Positions 36,382 to 46,918 of a stretch of 64,000 bases of DNA are shown piece after piece. The stretch spans positions 1-64,000 of the IMG/VR virus record IMGVR_UViG_3300025086_000015; one strand, given 5' to 3'. The DNA is from a virus. Within the stretch, counting starts at the first letter, position 1, and the number at the start of each line of letters is the position of its first letter. Both the position numbers and the translations under genes were made by a program. The notes below the pieces were generated by a model that did not search any database, had not been told where the DNA came from, and saw only the letters and a list, made by a program, of their open reading frames with translations.

Positions 36382-36933
36382 ATGACAATAAATATAGATT
36401 TAAATCTACTTAAAGATACCAAGATGAGTGCTGATGAATTTTTAGCACTTTATCTTGTGTATCGTAAAGGGTATGGATATTTGTATGAGCTTGACTTAAA
36501 CATTGACTGGACTAAATTAGAAAAAGATAGTTACGTAAAATTAGGAGAAACTATAGAGGAGAATACAGTTAGACAAGAGTTCATAGATTTATTTATTAAA
36601 GATTTCGATTCTATGTTTGCCCAGTTAATCTCTACTTACCCTATGAAAGTAAGTACTAATAATGGTATCCGAGTGTTACATGCCTCTAATCCAGATGCTA
36701 AGTCTAATGATAAAGCACGAAATAAATATCGTAAGCTTGTAGACGGTAAAGCACATGTTCATAAAAGAATAATGGCTTTACTAGATGTACAGTTAACAGT
36801 AGAGAAGAATAATCTTCAATACTTACAGAACTTAGAAACATGGATTAATAACCATACTTGGGAAAAGTATGAAAATATAACAGAAAATGACACAAAAGAT
36901 AACGAACGACCAAGGATCACAAGATCCCTTTAA
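36382..36933 (+). CDS. Putative replication initiator/helicase-loader-like protein
   Basis: YPMKV and YLQNLETWINNHTWE motifs; overlaps the dnaB-like gene. Confidence 0.6.
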   Translation: MTINIDLNLLKDTKMSADEFLALYLVYRKGYGYLYELDLNIDWTKLEKDSYVKLGETIEENTVRQEFIDLFIKDFDSMFAQLISTYPMKVSTNNGIRVLHASNPDAKSNDKARNKYRKLVDGKAHVHKRIMALLDVQLTVEKNNLQYLQNLETWINNHTWEKYENITENDTKDNERPRITRSL

Positions 36934-37837
36934 AGAGAAAGGCTTTAAAAGTATAAACAAAGCTATTAGTGCTTCTTTATATCAAGTAGAAAGTGGTATT
37001 AAAGGACAAAGACAAGTTTATAAAACAAAATGGGCTAGACTAAACAAAAATTTATTAGGTGGGTTACAACCTGGTAAAATGTATGTAATTGCAGGTAGAC
37101 CTGGTGTAGGTAAATCAGCATTTAGTAACCAATTAATTTTTGACTTATTAGATAATAATAAACATAAGAAACTGCTAGTTTTATATTGGAGCTTTGAGAT
37201 GCCAGGCTATCAGCAAATTTTGCGTGCTGGCGCTAAAGGTTCAGGTAAACAAGTTAGTGAGTTATTATCAGTAGAACAAAAATTAGAGCATGAAGAGTAT
37301 CAAAGATTTAAAGCAGAGGTATTGAAGTATGCACATTATCCTATTTATTTTAATAATGTTCCTAGAGATATGGAGTTTATTAAAGAGGCTAATGTAGATA
37401 TAACTAACAAAAGACCTGATCATACTATTGTAAATGTGTTTGACCATTCTCGTTTAATTCTAAGCAGTAAAGAGATGGAATTGCAAAAACTTAATGAAGT
37501 ATCTAAAGGATGTATGTGGATGCAATCAAAAATGGGAACAATTAACATTTTATTATCACAACTTAACCGTAACATAGAGCAAGAGCACCGTGCTAAGGCG
37601 CAGTATCAGCCATTGCTTACAGATTTATTTGGTGGTGATTCTATTGGTCAAGATGCACATGTAGTTATGATGATACAACGTCCTTATGATTTATATGGTA
37701 TTACTGATTTATATTGTGGTGAAGATCCTATTGGTCTTTTAGCAGTGCATGTAGAAAAGAACCGTGACGGCTTATTAGGAATGATACCTTTTGAAGCTGA
37801 GATGTCAACATTTACTATTAACGAAAGAAAGAAATAA
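36887..37837 (+). CDS. dnaB: DnaB-like replicative helicase (C-terminal domain only)
   Basis: GRPGVGKS, SFEM, LSQLNR, IGQDAHVV, KNRDG. Confidence 0.9.
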   Translation: MTQKITNDQGSQDPFKEKGFKSINKAISASLYQVESGIKGQRQVYKTKWARLNKNLLGGLQPGKMYVIAGRPGVGKSAFSNQLIFDLLDNNKHKKLLVLYWSFEMPGYQQILRAGAKGSGKQVSELLSVEQKLEHEEYQRFKAEVLKYAHYPIYFNNVPRDMEFIKEANVDITNKRPDHTIVNVFDHSRLILSSKEMELQKLNEVSKGCMWMQSKMGTINILLSQLNRNIEQEHRAKAQYQPLLTDLFGGDSIGQDAHVVMMIQRPYDLYGITDLYCGEDPIGLLAVHVEKNRDGLLGMIPFEAEMSTFTINERKK

Positions 37838-37838
37838 A

Positions 37839-38024
37839 ATGGATGAAAAAGAAAGAGCTATACATATTTGTAAAAATTTAGACCACACAATTAAAAATAC
37901 CAAAAATGAAGGTATAAGAAGTGAGTTTGAATGGGCAAATTCAAGAGCCACAGTAAAAGACCTTAAAAGAAAAAAGGCAAATCTTATGAATAAATATAAT
38001 TTAACCTCTAAAGACTTAAAATAA
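37839..38024 (+). CDS. Hypothetical protein
   Basis: Start at MDEKE just after the dnaB stop; TAATG coupling downstream. Confidence 0.55.
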   Translation: MDEKERAIHICKNLDHTIKNTKNEGIRSEFEWANSRATVKDLKRKKANLMNKYNLTSKDLK

Positions 38025-38200
38025 TGGAAGAAATAACACACGCTAGTATTAGATTTTTACTATATGGTATTTTATTTGGCATGATGATAGTCATGTTTAT
38101 AAGTACTATTCAATTTAGATCTTCTACCAAAAGCAATAACAAATTAATTGATAACATGAATAAAATGAAAGACAATGGAACTACCAAAAGCAAAGGTTAA
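38024..38200 (+). CDS. 58-aa membrane protein
   Basis: Hand-translated MEEITHASIRFLLYGILFGMMIVMFISTI... Confidence 0.55.
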   Translation: MEEITHASIRFLLYGILFGMMIVMFISTIQFRSSTKSNNKLIDNMNKMKDNGTTKSKG

Positions 38201-38873
38201 AGCGAGCCGTAAATCGCCTAAAAACATGATAATATATGGTCCCCCTAAGATAGGTAAGACTACAGTATTGTCACAGTTAGATGATTGTTTAATTATTGAC
38301 TTGGAAGATGGTTCAGACATGGTTGACGCTTTAAAAGTAAAAGCTAATAGTTTGAAAGACTTACAAGCAGTTGGTACAGCAATTATGAAGGAAGGGAGAC
38401 CTTATAAATATATAGCTATTGACACTATTTCTAAATTAGAAGAAATGTGTGAATCATATGCTAAGCAAATTTATATGAAAACTCCAATGGGTAAAAACTT
38501 TGAAACTAAGAACCCTGGTGCATCAGTACTATCATTGCCTAATGGCGCTGGCTACTTATATTTAAGAATGGCCTACAAAGAATGGATAGATAAATTGAAT
38601 AAACTAGCGGATCATATTATCTTAGTTGGACACTTAAAAGATAAGATGCTTGAGAAGAAAGGTAAAGAGGTTGCTGTTAAGGACCTTGATTTAACTGGTA
38701 AGATCAAGCAGATTACTTGTGCTAATGCTGATGCAGTTGGTTACATATTTAGAGAAGGAGATGAAACTAAGATTTCATTTGATTCAATGGATGATATAAC
38801 TGCTGGTAGTAGATGCGAACACTTAAAGGGTAAGACCATGCCTTTAGAATGGTCAAAAATATTTATAGATTAA
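38175..38873 (+). CDS. AAA_24/Sak4-like ATPase
   Basis: YGPPKIGKTT, DLEDG, IAIDTIS. Confidence 0.85.
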   Translation: MELPKAKVKASRKSPKNMIIYGPPKIGKTTVLSQLDDCLIIDLEDGSDMVDALKVKANSLKDLQAVGTAIMKEGRPYKYIAIDTISKLEEMCESYAKQIYMKTPMGKNFETKNPGASVLSLPNGAGYLYLRMAYKEWIDKLNKLADHIILVGHLKDKMLEKKGKEVAVKDLDLTGKIKQITCANADAVGYIFREGDETKISFDSMDDITAGSRCEHLKGKTMPLEWSKIFID

Positions 38874-38884
38874 ACACAAAAAAA

Positions 38885-39253
38885 ATGATTGAATCAAGAA
38901 GCGCTGTAGAGCCTAGTACTACGACGGGAACAAAACCTACCAAAATAACAACTAGTATGATTATTGCTGATTTAGAAAATGGCATAGATCGTAATGGTAT
39001 CAAAGACAAGTATTCTTTAGAAGCTTGGGAAGTTAAACAAATGTTTATCCACCCTGCATTAAAAGGTAAGAAAGCTAAGAAAGTTAGAAAATTATCTTTT
39101 GAATTTGTAGATGATACTGAAAATGCTGTAGATCCTAATCAAACTAGCATTGAAGTACCTACAATTGAGGATACTTTAGATTTAGTAAAAGAACAACAAG
39201 CTGAAGAGTTTGGAGAAGACTTTGACAACGAGTCAGACGAATTTGAATATTAA
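38885..39253 (+). CDS. Hypothetical protein with acidic tail
   Basis: Start at MIESR after the upstream stop. Confidence 0.65.
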   Translation: MIESRSAVEPSTTTGTKPTKITTSMIIADLENGIDRNGIKDKYSLEAWEVKQMFIHPALKGKKAKKVRKLSFEFVDDTENAVDPNQTSIEVPTIEDTLDLVKEQQAEEFGEDFDNESDEFEY

Positions 39254-39273
39254 TAATTAAAACCGATAAAAAA

Positions 39274-40059
39274 ATGGCAATACAAAGTAATGCAAGTACA
39301 GAAGAAGTAATGGGCGGAATGAAAACATTCTCAGGCCTAACAAATGTTAGTGTAGTAGCAGTAAATCCAACAATGGCGGAATTACATGCAATGGACATTA
39401 ATGTTAAACAAGAACCTAATTATACAGTAGAATTTAGTGGTGAATCATACAATAAAATTGTATTCTGGCTAAATAATTCTGATGGTAATTTTAGGTTAGA
39501 AATTTTAATGCAAAATAAACCTAAAGTTTCTCAAACTGGCAAACACCAGTGGATGAATGCAATTGGCCAATCTACGTGGTCTACTGACGAACCAACTTAT
39601 GACTGGTGGAAAACAGAAGGACAGCGTAAAGCTTATACAGGTGAGGAGACTCTAATTAATTTTGTTAAAGCATGGGCTAACGTAGCATCAGGTGACGAAG
39701 TAACATTTGACACTATGCCAGCTATTGCAAACGGCACTACAGCAGAAATTAAATCTTTAGTTGAGGCTCTTAAAGGAAATCAAGTTAGAGTTCTTATAGG
39801 TGTTAAAGATAGTAAATACCAACAAGTATATACTAAGTATTTTGGTAGAATTAAGCCACAAAGAGATGATTTATTTATCAAAGCGCTTAATGATGACTAT
39901 GGTTCATTTAATGCTGACTTTAATGCAGATTTAGTTTGGGGTACACATGTTGCAACTACTAAACTAGTAGCTCCAGACACTATTGCAGAAGAAGATGACT
40001 GGACAATGCCTGATGAGCCTCAAAATGGTGTTAAAGCAACAGAAAACGCGCCGTTCTAA
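39274..40059 (+). CDS. Probable ssDNA-binding/annealing protein
   Basis: Between Sak4-like ATPase and primase; acidic tail ending in PF. Confidence 0.6.
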   Translation: MAIQSNASTEEVMGGMKTFSGLTNVSVVAVNPTMAELHAMDINVKQEPNYTVEFSGESYNKIVFWLNNSDGNFRLEILMQNKPKVSQTGKHQWMNAIGQSTWSTDEPTYDWWKTEGQRKAYTGEETLINFVKAWANVASGDEVTFDTMPAIANGTTAEIKSLVEALKGNQVRVLIGVKDSKYQQVYTKYFGRIKPQRDDLFIKALNDDYGSFNADFNADLVWGTHVATTKLVAPDTIAEEDDWTMPDEPQNGVKATENAPF

Positions 40060-41060
40060 TGGCTATACGCAGTAGAAGCAGCGACGATCATTTACATACT
40101 GATGTCATACTTGGAAAAATTTCTGAGTATGACATTTTTGTGTATTATGTTCCTAGCTTTAAGAAGCTTGGTAAGAAGTTTAATAGTGAACTGCGGGAGG
40201 ATAAAACTCCTACAGTTTCTATTATTCCTTACAACGGCAGATTATTATACAAGGATTTCGGTCATTCTGAACACGCTTTTAACTGCTTTAGTTATATACA
40301 GTATAAATACAATTGCTCTTTTATTGATGCTTTGCGAATTATCGATTGTGATTTTAAGTTAGGACTATCTTCTAATGCTTCAGGTAAAAAATTTACTATG
40401 GGTATAATGGGATATAGACAAACTAAAACTCCACGATTTGAAAAACCTGAAGTTATTATTCAAAAACGTAAACGTCTTTGGTCTTCTGAAGATGCGAAAT
40501 TTTGGTCTAAATACTTTGTCAGTAAAAAAGTTTTACGTAGTTTTGCCGTAGAACCGATAAGTCATTTCTGGGTAAATGGTACTAGATTCAGTTGTAAATC
40601 AATTACTTACGCTTTTAAATTTAATAATCGGTATAAGATCTATTCTCCTTATGATGAACAAAATAAATGGTTAAGCAACACGAAAAAAACAGACGTGCAA
40701 GGCTATAATCAACTCCCAGATACTGGTGAGCGACTAATCATCACTTCTTCACTAAAAGATGTTATGTGTTTACATAGCGCAGGTTATCATTCGATAGCTA
40801 TGCAAAGTGAAATGCAACTTCCAGAGGAAAAATTAATAAGTGAGCTTAAACAAAGATTCAATACAATAGACATTTTATACGATAATGATTTTGACAAAGA
40901 AACTAATCCAGGTCAAACAATGGCCAAAAAGATTTGTGACTTATATGGTTTTAAAAATGTATGCATCCCTGACAAATTCAAATCTAAGGACCCTTCTGAT
41001 TTGGTTAACAAGGTAGGTGCTTTAACTGAACTTAAAAACATATTAAATGACAAGAGATGA
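40059..41060 (+). CDS. dnaG: DnaG-like (TOPRIM) primase, crAss type
   Basis: LREDKTP, YKDFG, ITSSLKDVM, LYDND, KDPSD. Confidence 0.85.
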   Translation: MAIRSRSSDDHLHTDVILGKISEYDIFVYYVPSFKKLGKKFNSELREDKTPTVSIIPYNGRLLYKDFGHSEHAFNCFSYIQYKYNCSFIDALRIIDCDFKLGLSSNASGKKFTMGIMGYRQTKTPRFEKPEVIIQKRKRLWSSEDAKFWSKYFVSKKVLRSFAVEPISHFWVNGTRFSCKSITYAFKFNNRYKIYSPYDEQNKWLSNTKKTDVQGYNQLPDTGERLIITSSLKDVMCLHSAGYHSIAMQSEMQLPEEKLISELKQRFNTIDILYDNDFDKETNPGQTMAKKICDLYGFKNVCIPDKFKSKDPSDLVNKVGALTELKNILNDKR

Positions 41061-42216
41061 AATTATTGAAAAACTGAGAACAAGAAAAGGTTTCTTAAAA
41101 AAAGGAGCACAATGGTTAGCCGATAAATGGGAAACAGATATAGCAATTATTAGAGATTGTAAAAAGCTTGTAACTTCTGAAGAGTGGGTACAAGAGAGAA
41201 TGAATAATGATAATGGTCACGAGTTGACTGAGAGTCAAGCATTCTCAAAACATTTATTGGATAATGGATTGACAATGGCAGATGTAAAGTCTGTTAAATT
41301 TTGGCAAAACTTTAATGGAGAGCAAAGATATAGTATAGTAACTCATAACCAATGGCATGAACAGCCGCAGGTTAAAGAGGAGTTATTAGATTATTTTAGA
41401 TCTAAATCACATAAAGTTAAAAAGCTTAAATATACTAAACCTAAAGACCCTGTATTATATGAAATATCATTACCAGATATACATTATGGTAAGATAACAG
41501 AAGATGACCCGGGAACTATAGAAGATCATTATATGAAAGCTATAGTAGATTTACATAGAAAAGCAGATGGAATTGAGATAGATAGATTTTTATTGCCTGT
41601 AGGTAATGATGGTCTTAACTCTGAAGGTTATTCTAGAGCTACTACTAAAGGGACACCTCAACAAGATCATATGTTATGGCGTCAATCTTTTAGAGGTTAT
41701 TGGCATTTAGTTATGAAAGCTATTGACTACTTAGCACAATTTGCACCGGTAGATGTTGTAGTTGTACAGGGTAATCATGACTTTGAACGTATGTTTTATG
41801 TGGGAGAAGTTTTAGATGCTATGTATCATAACAATAAAAATGTAACAATAGATAATAGTTTAGATACTCGTAAGTATTATGAGTATGGGACTAATATGAT
41901 TATGTTTACACATGGTGATAAAGAAAAATCTCAAGAACTTCCGCTATTAATTGCCACTGAGCAGCCAGAGATGTGGAGCAGATGTAAAGTTAGGGAAGTA
42001 CATTGTGGACATAAGCATAAAGAGATGCTAAATGAATACATGGGAACTAAAGTTAGATTTATCCCATCTATATGTGGTAACGATGCTTGGCATAAAACTC
42101 AAGGATATGTTGGTACATTAAGATGTGGGCAAGCATTTATCTGGAATAAAAATAGAGGTCTGGAAGGGTACCTTCAAACTAACATCATGAATTATGGCGT
42201 GGAAAAGAAGAGCTAA
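41047..42216 (+). CDS. Calcineurin-like metallophosphoesterase
   Basis: PDIHYG, GND, GNHD, THGD, GHKH. Confidence 0.85.
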   Translation: MTRDEIIEKLRTRKGFLKKGAQWLADKWETDIAIIRDCKKLVTSEEWVQERMNNDNGHELTESQAFSKHLLDNGLTMADVKSVKFWQNFNGEQRYSIVTHNQWHEQPQVKEELLDYFRSKSHKVKKLKYTKPKDPVLYEISLPDIHYGKITEDDPGTIEDHYMKAIVDLHRKADGIEIDRFLLPVGNDGLNSEGYSRATTKGTPQQDHMLWRQSFRGYWHLVMKAIDYLAQFAPVDVVVVQGNHDFERMFYVGEVLDAMYHNNKNVTIDNSLDTRKYYEYGTNMIMFTHGDKEKSQELPLLIATEQPEMWSRCKVREVHCGHKHKEMLNEYMGTKVRFIPSICGNDAWHKTQGYVGTLRCGQAFIWNKNRGLEGYLQTNIMNYGVEKKS

Positions 42217-42640
42217 AAAACCTGGAAGAAGTAAAGTTAAGAATGCTAAAAAATCTACTTATGACGGTAAAAACTTTCAATCTAATTTAGAGCTATATTG
42301 CTATAAACAATTAAAAGAAGCTGAAATAATAGTAGAATATGAAGAAACTACATTTACAATATTTGAAGGAGTTGTATATCCGCAAGCGTGTTATGAAGGA
42401 ACAGCTAAAAAGTTATATAACAAAGGATCTAAAATCCGGCCGATTACATACACTCCTGACTTTGTAGATCCTAACGGTAAGTTTATTATAGAAACAAAAG
42501 GCTATGCAAATGAGTCTTTTCCTTTAAGGTGGAAATTATTTAAAAAACATCTTAAAGATAACAATCATCACTATGTGCTATTTATGCCTCGGAATAAAAA
42601 GCAAGTAGATGAAGTTGTTTCACTTATCAAACAATTATAA
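42194..42640 (+). CDS. PD-(D/E)XK endonuclease (resolvase-like)
   Basis: FQSNLE, YTPDF, IETKG. Confidence 0.85.
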   Translation: MAWKRRAKKPGRSKVKNAKKSTYDGKNFQSNLELYCYKQLKEAEIIVEYEETTFTIFEGVVYPQACYEGTAKKLYNKGSKIRPITYTPDFVDPNGKFIIETKGYANESFPLRWKLFKKHLKDNNHHYVLFMPRNKKQVDEVVSLIKQL

Positions 42641-42642
42641 CA

Positions 42643-42665
42643 AGGGCCCTTCGGGGCTCTTTTTT
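42643..42665 (+). terminator. Intrinsic terminator with UUCG loop
   Basis: AGGGCCC-TTCG-GGGCTCT-TTTTT. Confidence 0.85.
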
Positions 42666-42689
42666 ATTAACCAATTAAACACTAAAATT

Positions 42690-42905
42690 ATGAATTATGA
42701 TGACTGGAAACTATCCAATCCAATAGATGATGGGTATGGATACAACATGGTAAGCAATTGCTGTGGAGCAAGAATGGATGAAGACCAAGGTCTTTGTTAT
42801 GAATGTAAAGAGCACTGTGAACCTATGGAAGATTATGAATATGCAGAAAGAATGCATGATAATTATCTAGAAGACAGAATGGACGAAGAAAGATTAGGGC
42901 TATGA
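42690..42905 (+). CDS. Small zinc-ribbon protein
   Basis: SNCCGA...CYECKEHC; start at MNYDD downstream of the terminator. Confidence 0.75.
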   Translation: MNYDDWKLSNPIDDGYGYNMVSNCCGARMDEDQGLCYECKEHCEPMEDYEYAERMHDNYLEDRMDEERLGL

Positions 42906-43300
42906 AAAATGTTAATTATAAAAAATGGGTTCAATCTCTTAAAGAGGGAGATCTTGTATTAGCATTAGATGGGCAATGGAGTGGACCGGTTTTGTTCCTA
43001 GCATGGAATGGAGACAGTGCTACTAATGGGTACAGAGCTCAACATTTATTTATTCCTGATTGGAATATACATCATCACTGGTACGGACGACAAGACGATC
43101 CTCAACAAGCTTGTGATGAACAATGGGAATCAACATTGACTGAGCTTAAACAGCAAGGAGCTAAGTCTCGAAGCTTTTATGTAACAACAGTTAATGCAAG
43201 AGCAGAAGAACGATATTTCCCATTTCCAACTGAGTTCTTAGATAAGAATCAAATTAAATTTATTAAATTAATAAACAAAATAAAAGGATATGAGTATTAA
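42902..43300 (+). CDS. Hypothetical protein
   Basis: Overlaps both neighbours. Confidence 0.65.
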   Translation: MKNVNYKKWVQSLKEGDLVLALDGQWSGPVLFLAWNGDSATNGYRAQHLFIPDWNIHHHWYGRQDDPQQACDEQWESTLTELKQQGAKSRSFYVTTVNARAEERYFPFPTEFLDKNQIKFIKLINKIKGYEY

Positions 43301-46052
43301 AACAATTGATAAACCTATGCAGGGCAGCGCCGGCATAGCTAAAAAGATAAACAAAGGCGCTGAGAAGATGGTATTTGACATTCTTCAATCTACACAATAT
43401 TCTATGCCAGTTCAGTCTACAGTTAGAGAGCTTGTAACAAATGCATGTGACTCTCAACGTGAGAAAGAAGTAGCTAGAGAAATATTGTTGGGCACAAAGA
43501 AAGTTGAAGACTATTATATTGAACGTCATGGCGCTCAGTATGAAGATAGTAATTTTGATAAAGATTATTATAGCATTGGATACCTCAACACTGAAGCTAA
43601 TCATATAGATTTAGTATATGAAAAAAATGAAGGTGTAAGTTATTGTGATGTATTTAAAATTACTGACTATGGTGTAGGTATTGGAGCAAGACGTTTAGAA
43701 GGTATATTGGAACTAGGTTATTCTACGAAAAGAAATACTAGTGAAAATTTTGGTGCCTTTGGTCTTGGTGCTAAAGCTGCGCTATCAACAGGAGTAGATT
43801 TTTATACAATTGAAACTGTATATAATGGTATGAGGTTTAAATGTAATTGTTATAATTACAAAACTGATTTCATTATACCTGCTTTTAATGTAGAAGAAGG
43901 CAAACCTAATCCATTTATTACTTTTAGTGATGGCACTAAAGTATATTATGAAAACTATGGTGGAGATGATATAGATGGCGGTAAAAATAGAACTACTGTA
44001 TCATTTGGTGTTAAGAAACACAATCGTAATAAGTTTGAAGAAGCTATTGAAGAGCAGTTAATGTACTTTGACAACGTTAACTTTAAAATTATTGATAATG
44101 AGGATGAAGGGTATGAAAGAACTGTTAAATTTAAAGCTGAAGTAATTTATAATTCTAAAAACCTGATTGTTTCTGATTCATATTACTTTAATAAGCCACA
44201 TATTGTACTTGTTAAAGATGAGAATGCTACTACAGGTATTAACTATGGTTATATTGACTTTCGTGAACTAGAAATGGAGCAGATGTATGGTTCTATTGCG
44301 TTTAAATGCCCAGCTCGTCAAGTTATTACTAATGATGATGGAACAGAAACTGTTTTACAAGATGGTGTAGATGTTACTCCGTCTCGTGAGAAAGTGATAT
44401 GGAATGAAGCTACTAAGAATTATATTAAAGGTGTTGTTATGGCAGCAGCTCAAGAAGCTAGTGAGATTATTCAAGAAGAGTTACAAGAAACTGACTTTCT
44501 TAAATGGATTGATGCTTGTAGGTCAATTATCACCGGGAACAGTAGCGAGAACAGAATTCTTAATAAGTTAGCACGTATTATTAATACTGAAGATCTTAAG
44601 CCTAAGTTTGGGCCTGATCCTCGAATTAAATATGGTCCCGCTAATAAGTTATTTGAAGGTTTAAATATTATGAAACCTTATATGTTAAATAGCGAAATGA
44701 AAAGAGAGTCTATTAAGGATTGGCAAGGATTTGATGCTAAGCATTTTTATGAAAGAGAAGAAAAGTGGTCTAAATATAAAGATATGTATCTTCTAGAATT
44801 AAACCAAGAAACTTCTTATAATAAAAATTACGTTTGTACTTACACTTTAGAAGACTTAGAGACAAGGTTTAATAGCGCTCTTGCAAAAGCTGCAGGTAAT
44901 CCTGATGCTATTAAGAAAGTTATGAAAGAAAAATCTAGAGTTACAGCTAAGCGTCGAGCTATTCTTAAACTTATTGAAGAATCTGAATGGTATAAGAATT
45001 ACGATGAGGTTGAAATTCCTGAAGAATGGTTGAAAGGCCGTAAAGAGGAAGAAGCTCAAGAAGAAGAAAAAGCTAAATTTTCTAATTTATCTCCTGCAGA
45101 ACGTAGAGAGATAGAAAAGAGAATAGTTGCCTACACTGTTAGATATGATGATAAGAAAGATGATTATTTTACTATGGATAAGATTGAACCTAAAACGGTT
45201 GATATTATGAATAGTAAATATCGTACTTATTATTGTACTAAAGAAGATGAAGGTAAGATGAAAAAAGCTGCTTTACTTCTTAAAGAAATTCAGCCTAAGC
45301 ATAATCAAGTATATGCTAACAGTAATCTTAGTACTTGGGATAAAGGACATAAATACCCAGTTTACTGGTTTGATAATCCTCCAGTTAGTATGATGAAATG
45401 GAATTCTGATGAATACGAAGATTGGGCTACACCCGCTCAAGGATGGGATGCACCTCAGCTTATTCGTGTAAGTCAGAATAAAGTTAAGTTTATCACTAAG
45501 AATCCTAATGTTAGACATATTGATGACCTATTTTTACAAACGAACGACAAAAATGAATATATTATGGACGAAACATTAGTAAATTATTACACAGCACATA
45601 AACTAAAAAGGATAAATGAATTTAAATTTATGCAAGGTTTAGGCTGTATACACGACCAATTACAAAAAGACTATTGTAAACTACAAGACATGAGGAATGA
45701 TACTTATGCTGAGTTTGAGTATAGACGAGTGAGAGATGTAGCACCAGCTATAACTGATCACATGGATAAACTATATGAGTTCCAAAAGTTTTGTAATGAG
45801 TGTGACGATGCAGAGCTAATACAAGAAAAGTCAAAAGAGATGTTTGTTTTGGCTGATATTAGTAATGCCAGGGCTGCAGATTTAGACATACTAAAAAAGT
45901 ATGAGAATCTAATTGAATTTGCAGAGGAAATTAAACCGCTTTTAGATGAGCTAGATTGTCTTAGAGAACGCCAGTGTGATATGACACCTGAGCTAGAGAA
46001 AGAAATCAGAATCTACCTAAGAGCAAAATCCCGTGAGACATGGGACTCATAA
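43290..46052 (+). CDS. rIIA: rIIA-like protein with N-terminal GHKL/HATPase domain
   Basis: VRELVTNACDS, DYGVGI, STKR, GAFGLGAK, VTPSRE. Confidence 0.85.
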   Translation: MSIKTIDKPMQGSAGIAKKINKGAEKMVFDILQSTQYSMPVQSTVRELVTNACDSQREKEVAREILLGTKKVEDYYIERHGAQYEDSNFDKDYYSIGYLNTEANHIDLVYEKNEGVSYCDVFKITDYGVGIGARRLEGILELGYSTKRNTSENFGAFGLGAKAALSTGVDFYTIETVYNGMRFKCNCYNYKTDFIIPAFNVEEGKPNPFITFSDGTKVYYENYGGDDIDGGKNRTTVSFGVKKHNRNKFEEAIEEQLMYFDNVNFKIIDNEDEGYERTVKFKAEVIYNSKNLIVSDSYYFNKPHIVLVKDENATTGINYGYIDFRELEMEQMYGSIAFKCPARQVITNDDGTETVLQDGVDVTPSREKVIWNEATKNYIKGVVMAAAQEASEIIQEELQETDFLKWIDACRSIITGNSSENRILNKLARIINTEDLKPKFGPDPRIKYGPANKLFEGLNIMKPYMLNSEMKRESIKDWQGFDAKHFYEREEKWSKYKDMYLLELNQETSYNKNYVCTYTLEDLETRFNSALAKAAGNPDAIKKVMKEKSRVTAKRRAILKLIEESEWYKNYDEVEIPEEWLKGRKEEEAQEEEKAKFSNLSPAERREIEKRIVAYTVRYDDKKDDYFTMDKIEPKTVDIMNSKYRTYYCTKEDEGKMKKAALLLKEIQPKHNQVYANSNLSTWDKGHKYPVYWFDNPPVSMMKWNSDEYEDWATPAQGWDAPQLIRVSQNKVKFITKNPNVRHIDDLFLQTNDKNEYIMDETLVNYYTAHKLKRINEFKFMQGLGCIHDQLQKDYCKLQDMRNDTYAEFEYRRVRDVAPAITDHMDKLYEFQKFCNECDDAELIQEKSKEMFVLADISNARAADLDILKKYENLIEFAEEIKPLLDELDCLRERQCDMTPELEKEIRIYLRAKSRETWDS

Positions 46053-46900
46053 CAAAGGACACTAGGAAGACGTTTAAAATACGTTTTTCTGGTAGGTCCA
46101 CAGATTTTATTAGTCCTAGTTTTGGTTATGGATGCTTATACAATTGCTCATATTGTTACATGAAGCGCCATAAACCCAAGGGATTATCTATTGCTGTGAA
46201 TACGGGTGATATATTGACTGAAATCAATAATCATGCGTATTTCACTCCAGTGGAGAAACCTAATCAGACACATGCAGAATTTACTACTTACGACATTAGT
46301 TGTAACGAAGATTTTGCATTACATGCTAAGTATCATGATTGGCAAAAAGTGTTTGAGTTTTTCAGAGATCATCCTGTAGCAATGGCTAGCTTTGCAACTA
46401 AATATGTAAATCCAGACTTAACTACATTTGATCCTCAAGGAAAAGTACGTGTTAGATTTAGTCTTATGCCTCAGCATAAATCAGATCTACATGAACCAGG
46501 CACCTCTAAAATAATTGATAGAATAAAAGCTATCGATGCATTTATAGATGCAGGGTATGATGTACATGTTAACTACAGCCCTATTATTGTGTATGATGGG
46601 TGGCTAGATGACTATGAAGAAATATTTGACATGATGAATAACTATGTTGAATATAAAGACCAAGTATTAGCAGAATGTATCTTTTTAACGCATAATTTTA
46701 AGAAACATGTTGTAAATTTGCAAAACCATCCTAAGACAGAAGTAGACTTGTGGGTTCTTGATAAACAAGAAGTTAAGACGTCTCAATATGGTGGAGAAAA
46801 TGTGAGATACAAGCTTGGTCTTAAATCTGAGTACATAAAAGAATTTAAAATTTTACACAATTCCAAAATACCGTGGAATAAAATACGGTATATTTTTTAA
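46040..46900 (+). CDS. splB: Spore photoproduct lyase-like radical SAM enzyme
   Basis: GCLYNCSYCY cluster motif, ISCNED, ATK, RVRFSL, terminal SQYGG..RY. Confidence 0.8.
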   Translation: MGLITKDTRKTFKIRFSGRSTDFISPSFGYGCLYNCSYCYMKRHKPKGLSIAVNTGDILTEINNHAYFTPVEKPNQTHAEFTTYDISCNEDFALHAKYHDWQKVFEFFRDHPVAMASFATKYVNPDLTTFDPQGKVRVRFSLMPQHKSDLHEPGTSKIIDRIKAIDAFIDAGYDVHVNYSPIIVYDGWLDDYEEIFDMMNNYVEYKDQVLAECIFLTHNFKKHVVNLQNHPKTEVDLWVLDKQEVKTSQYGGENVRYKLGLKSEYIKEFKILHNSKIPWNKIRYIF

Positions 46901-46918
46901 CCAATTAAATATTTAATT

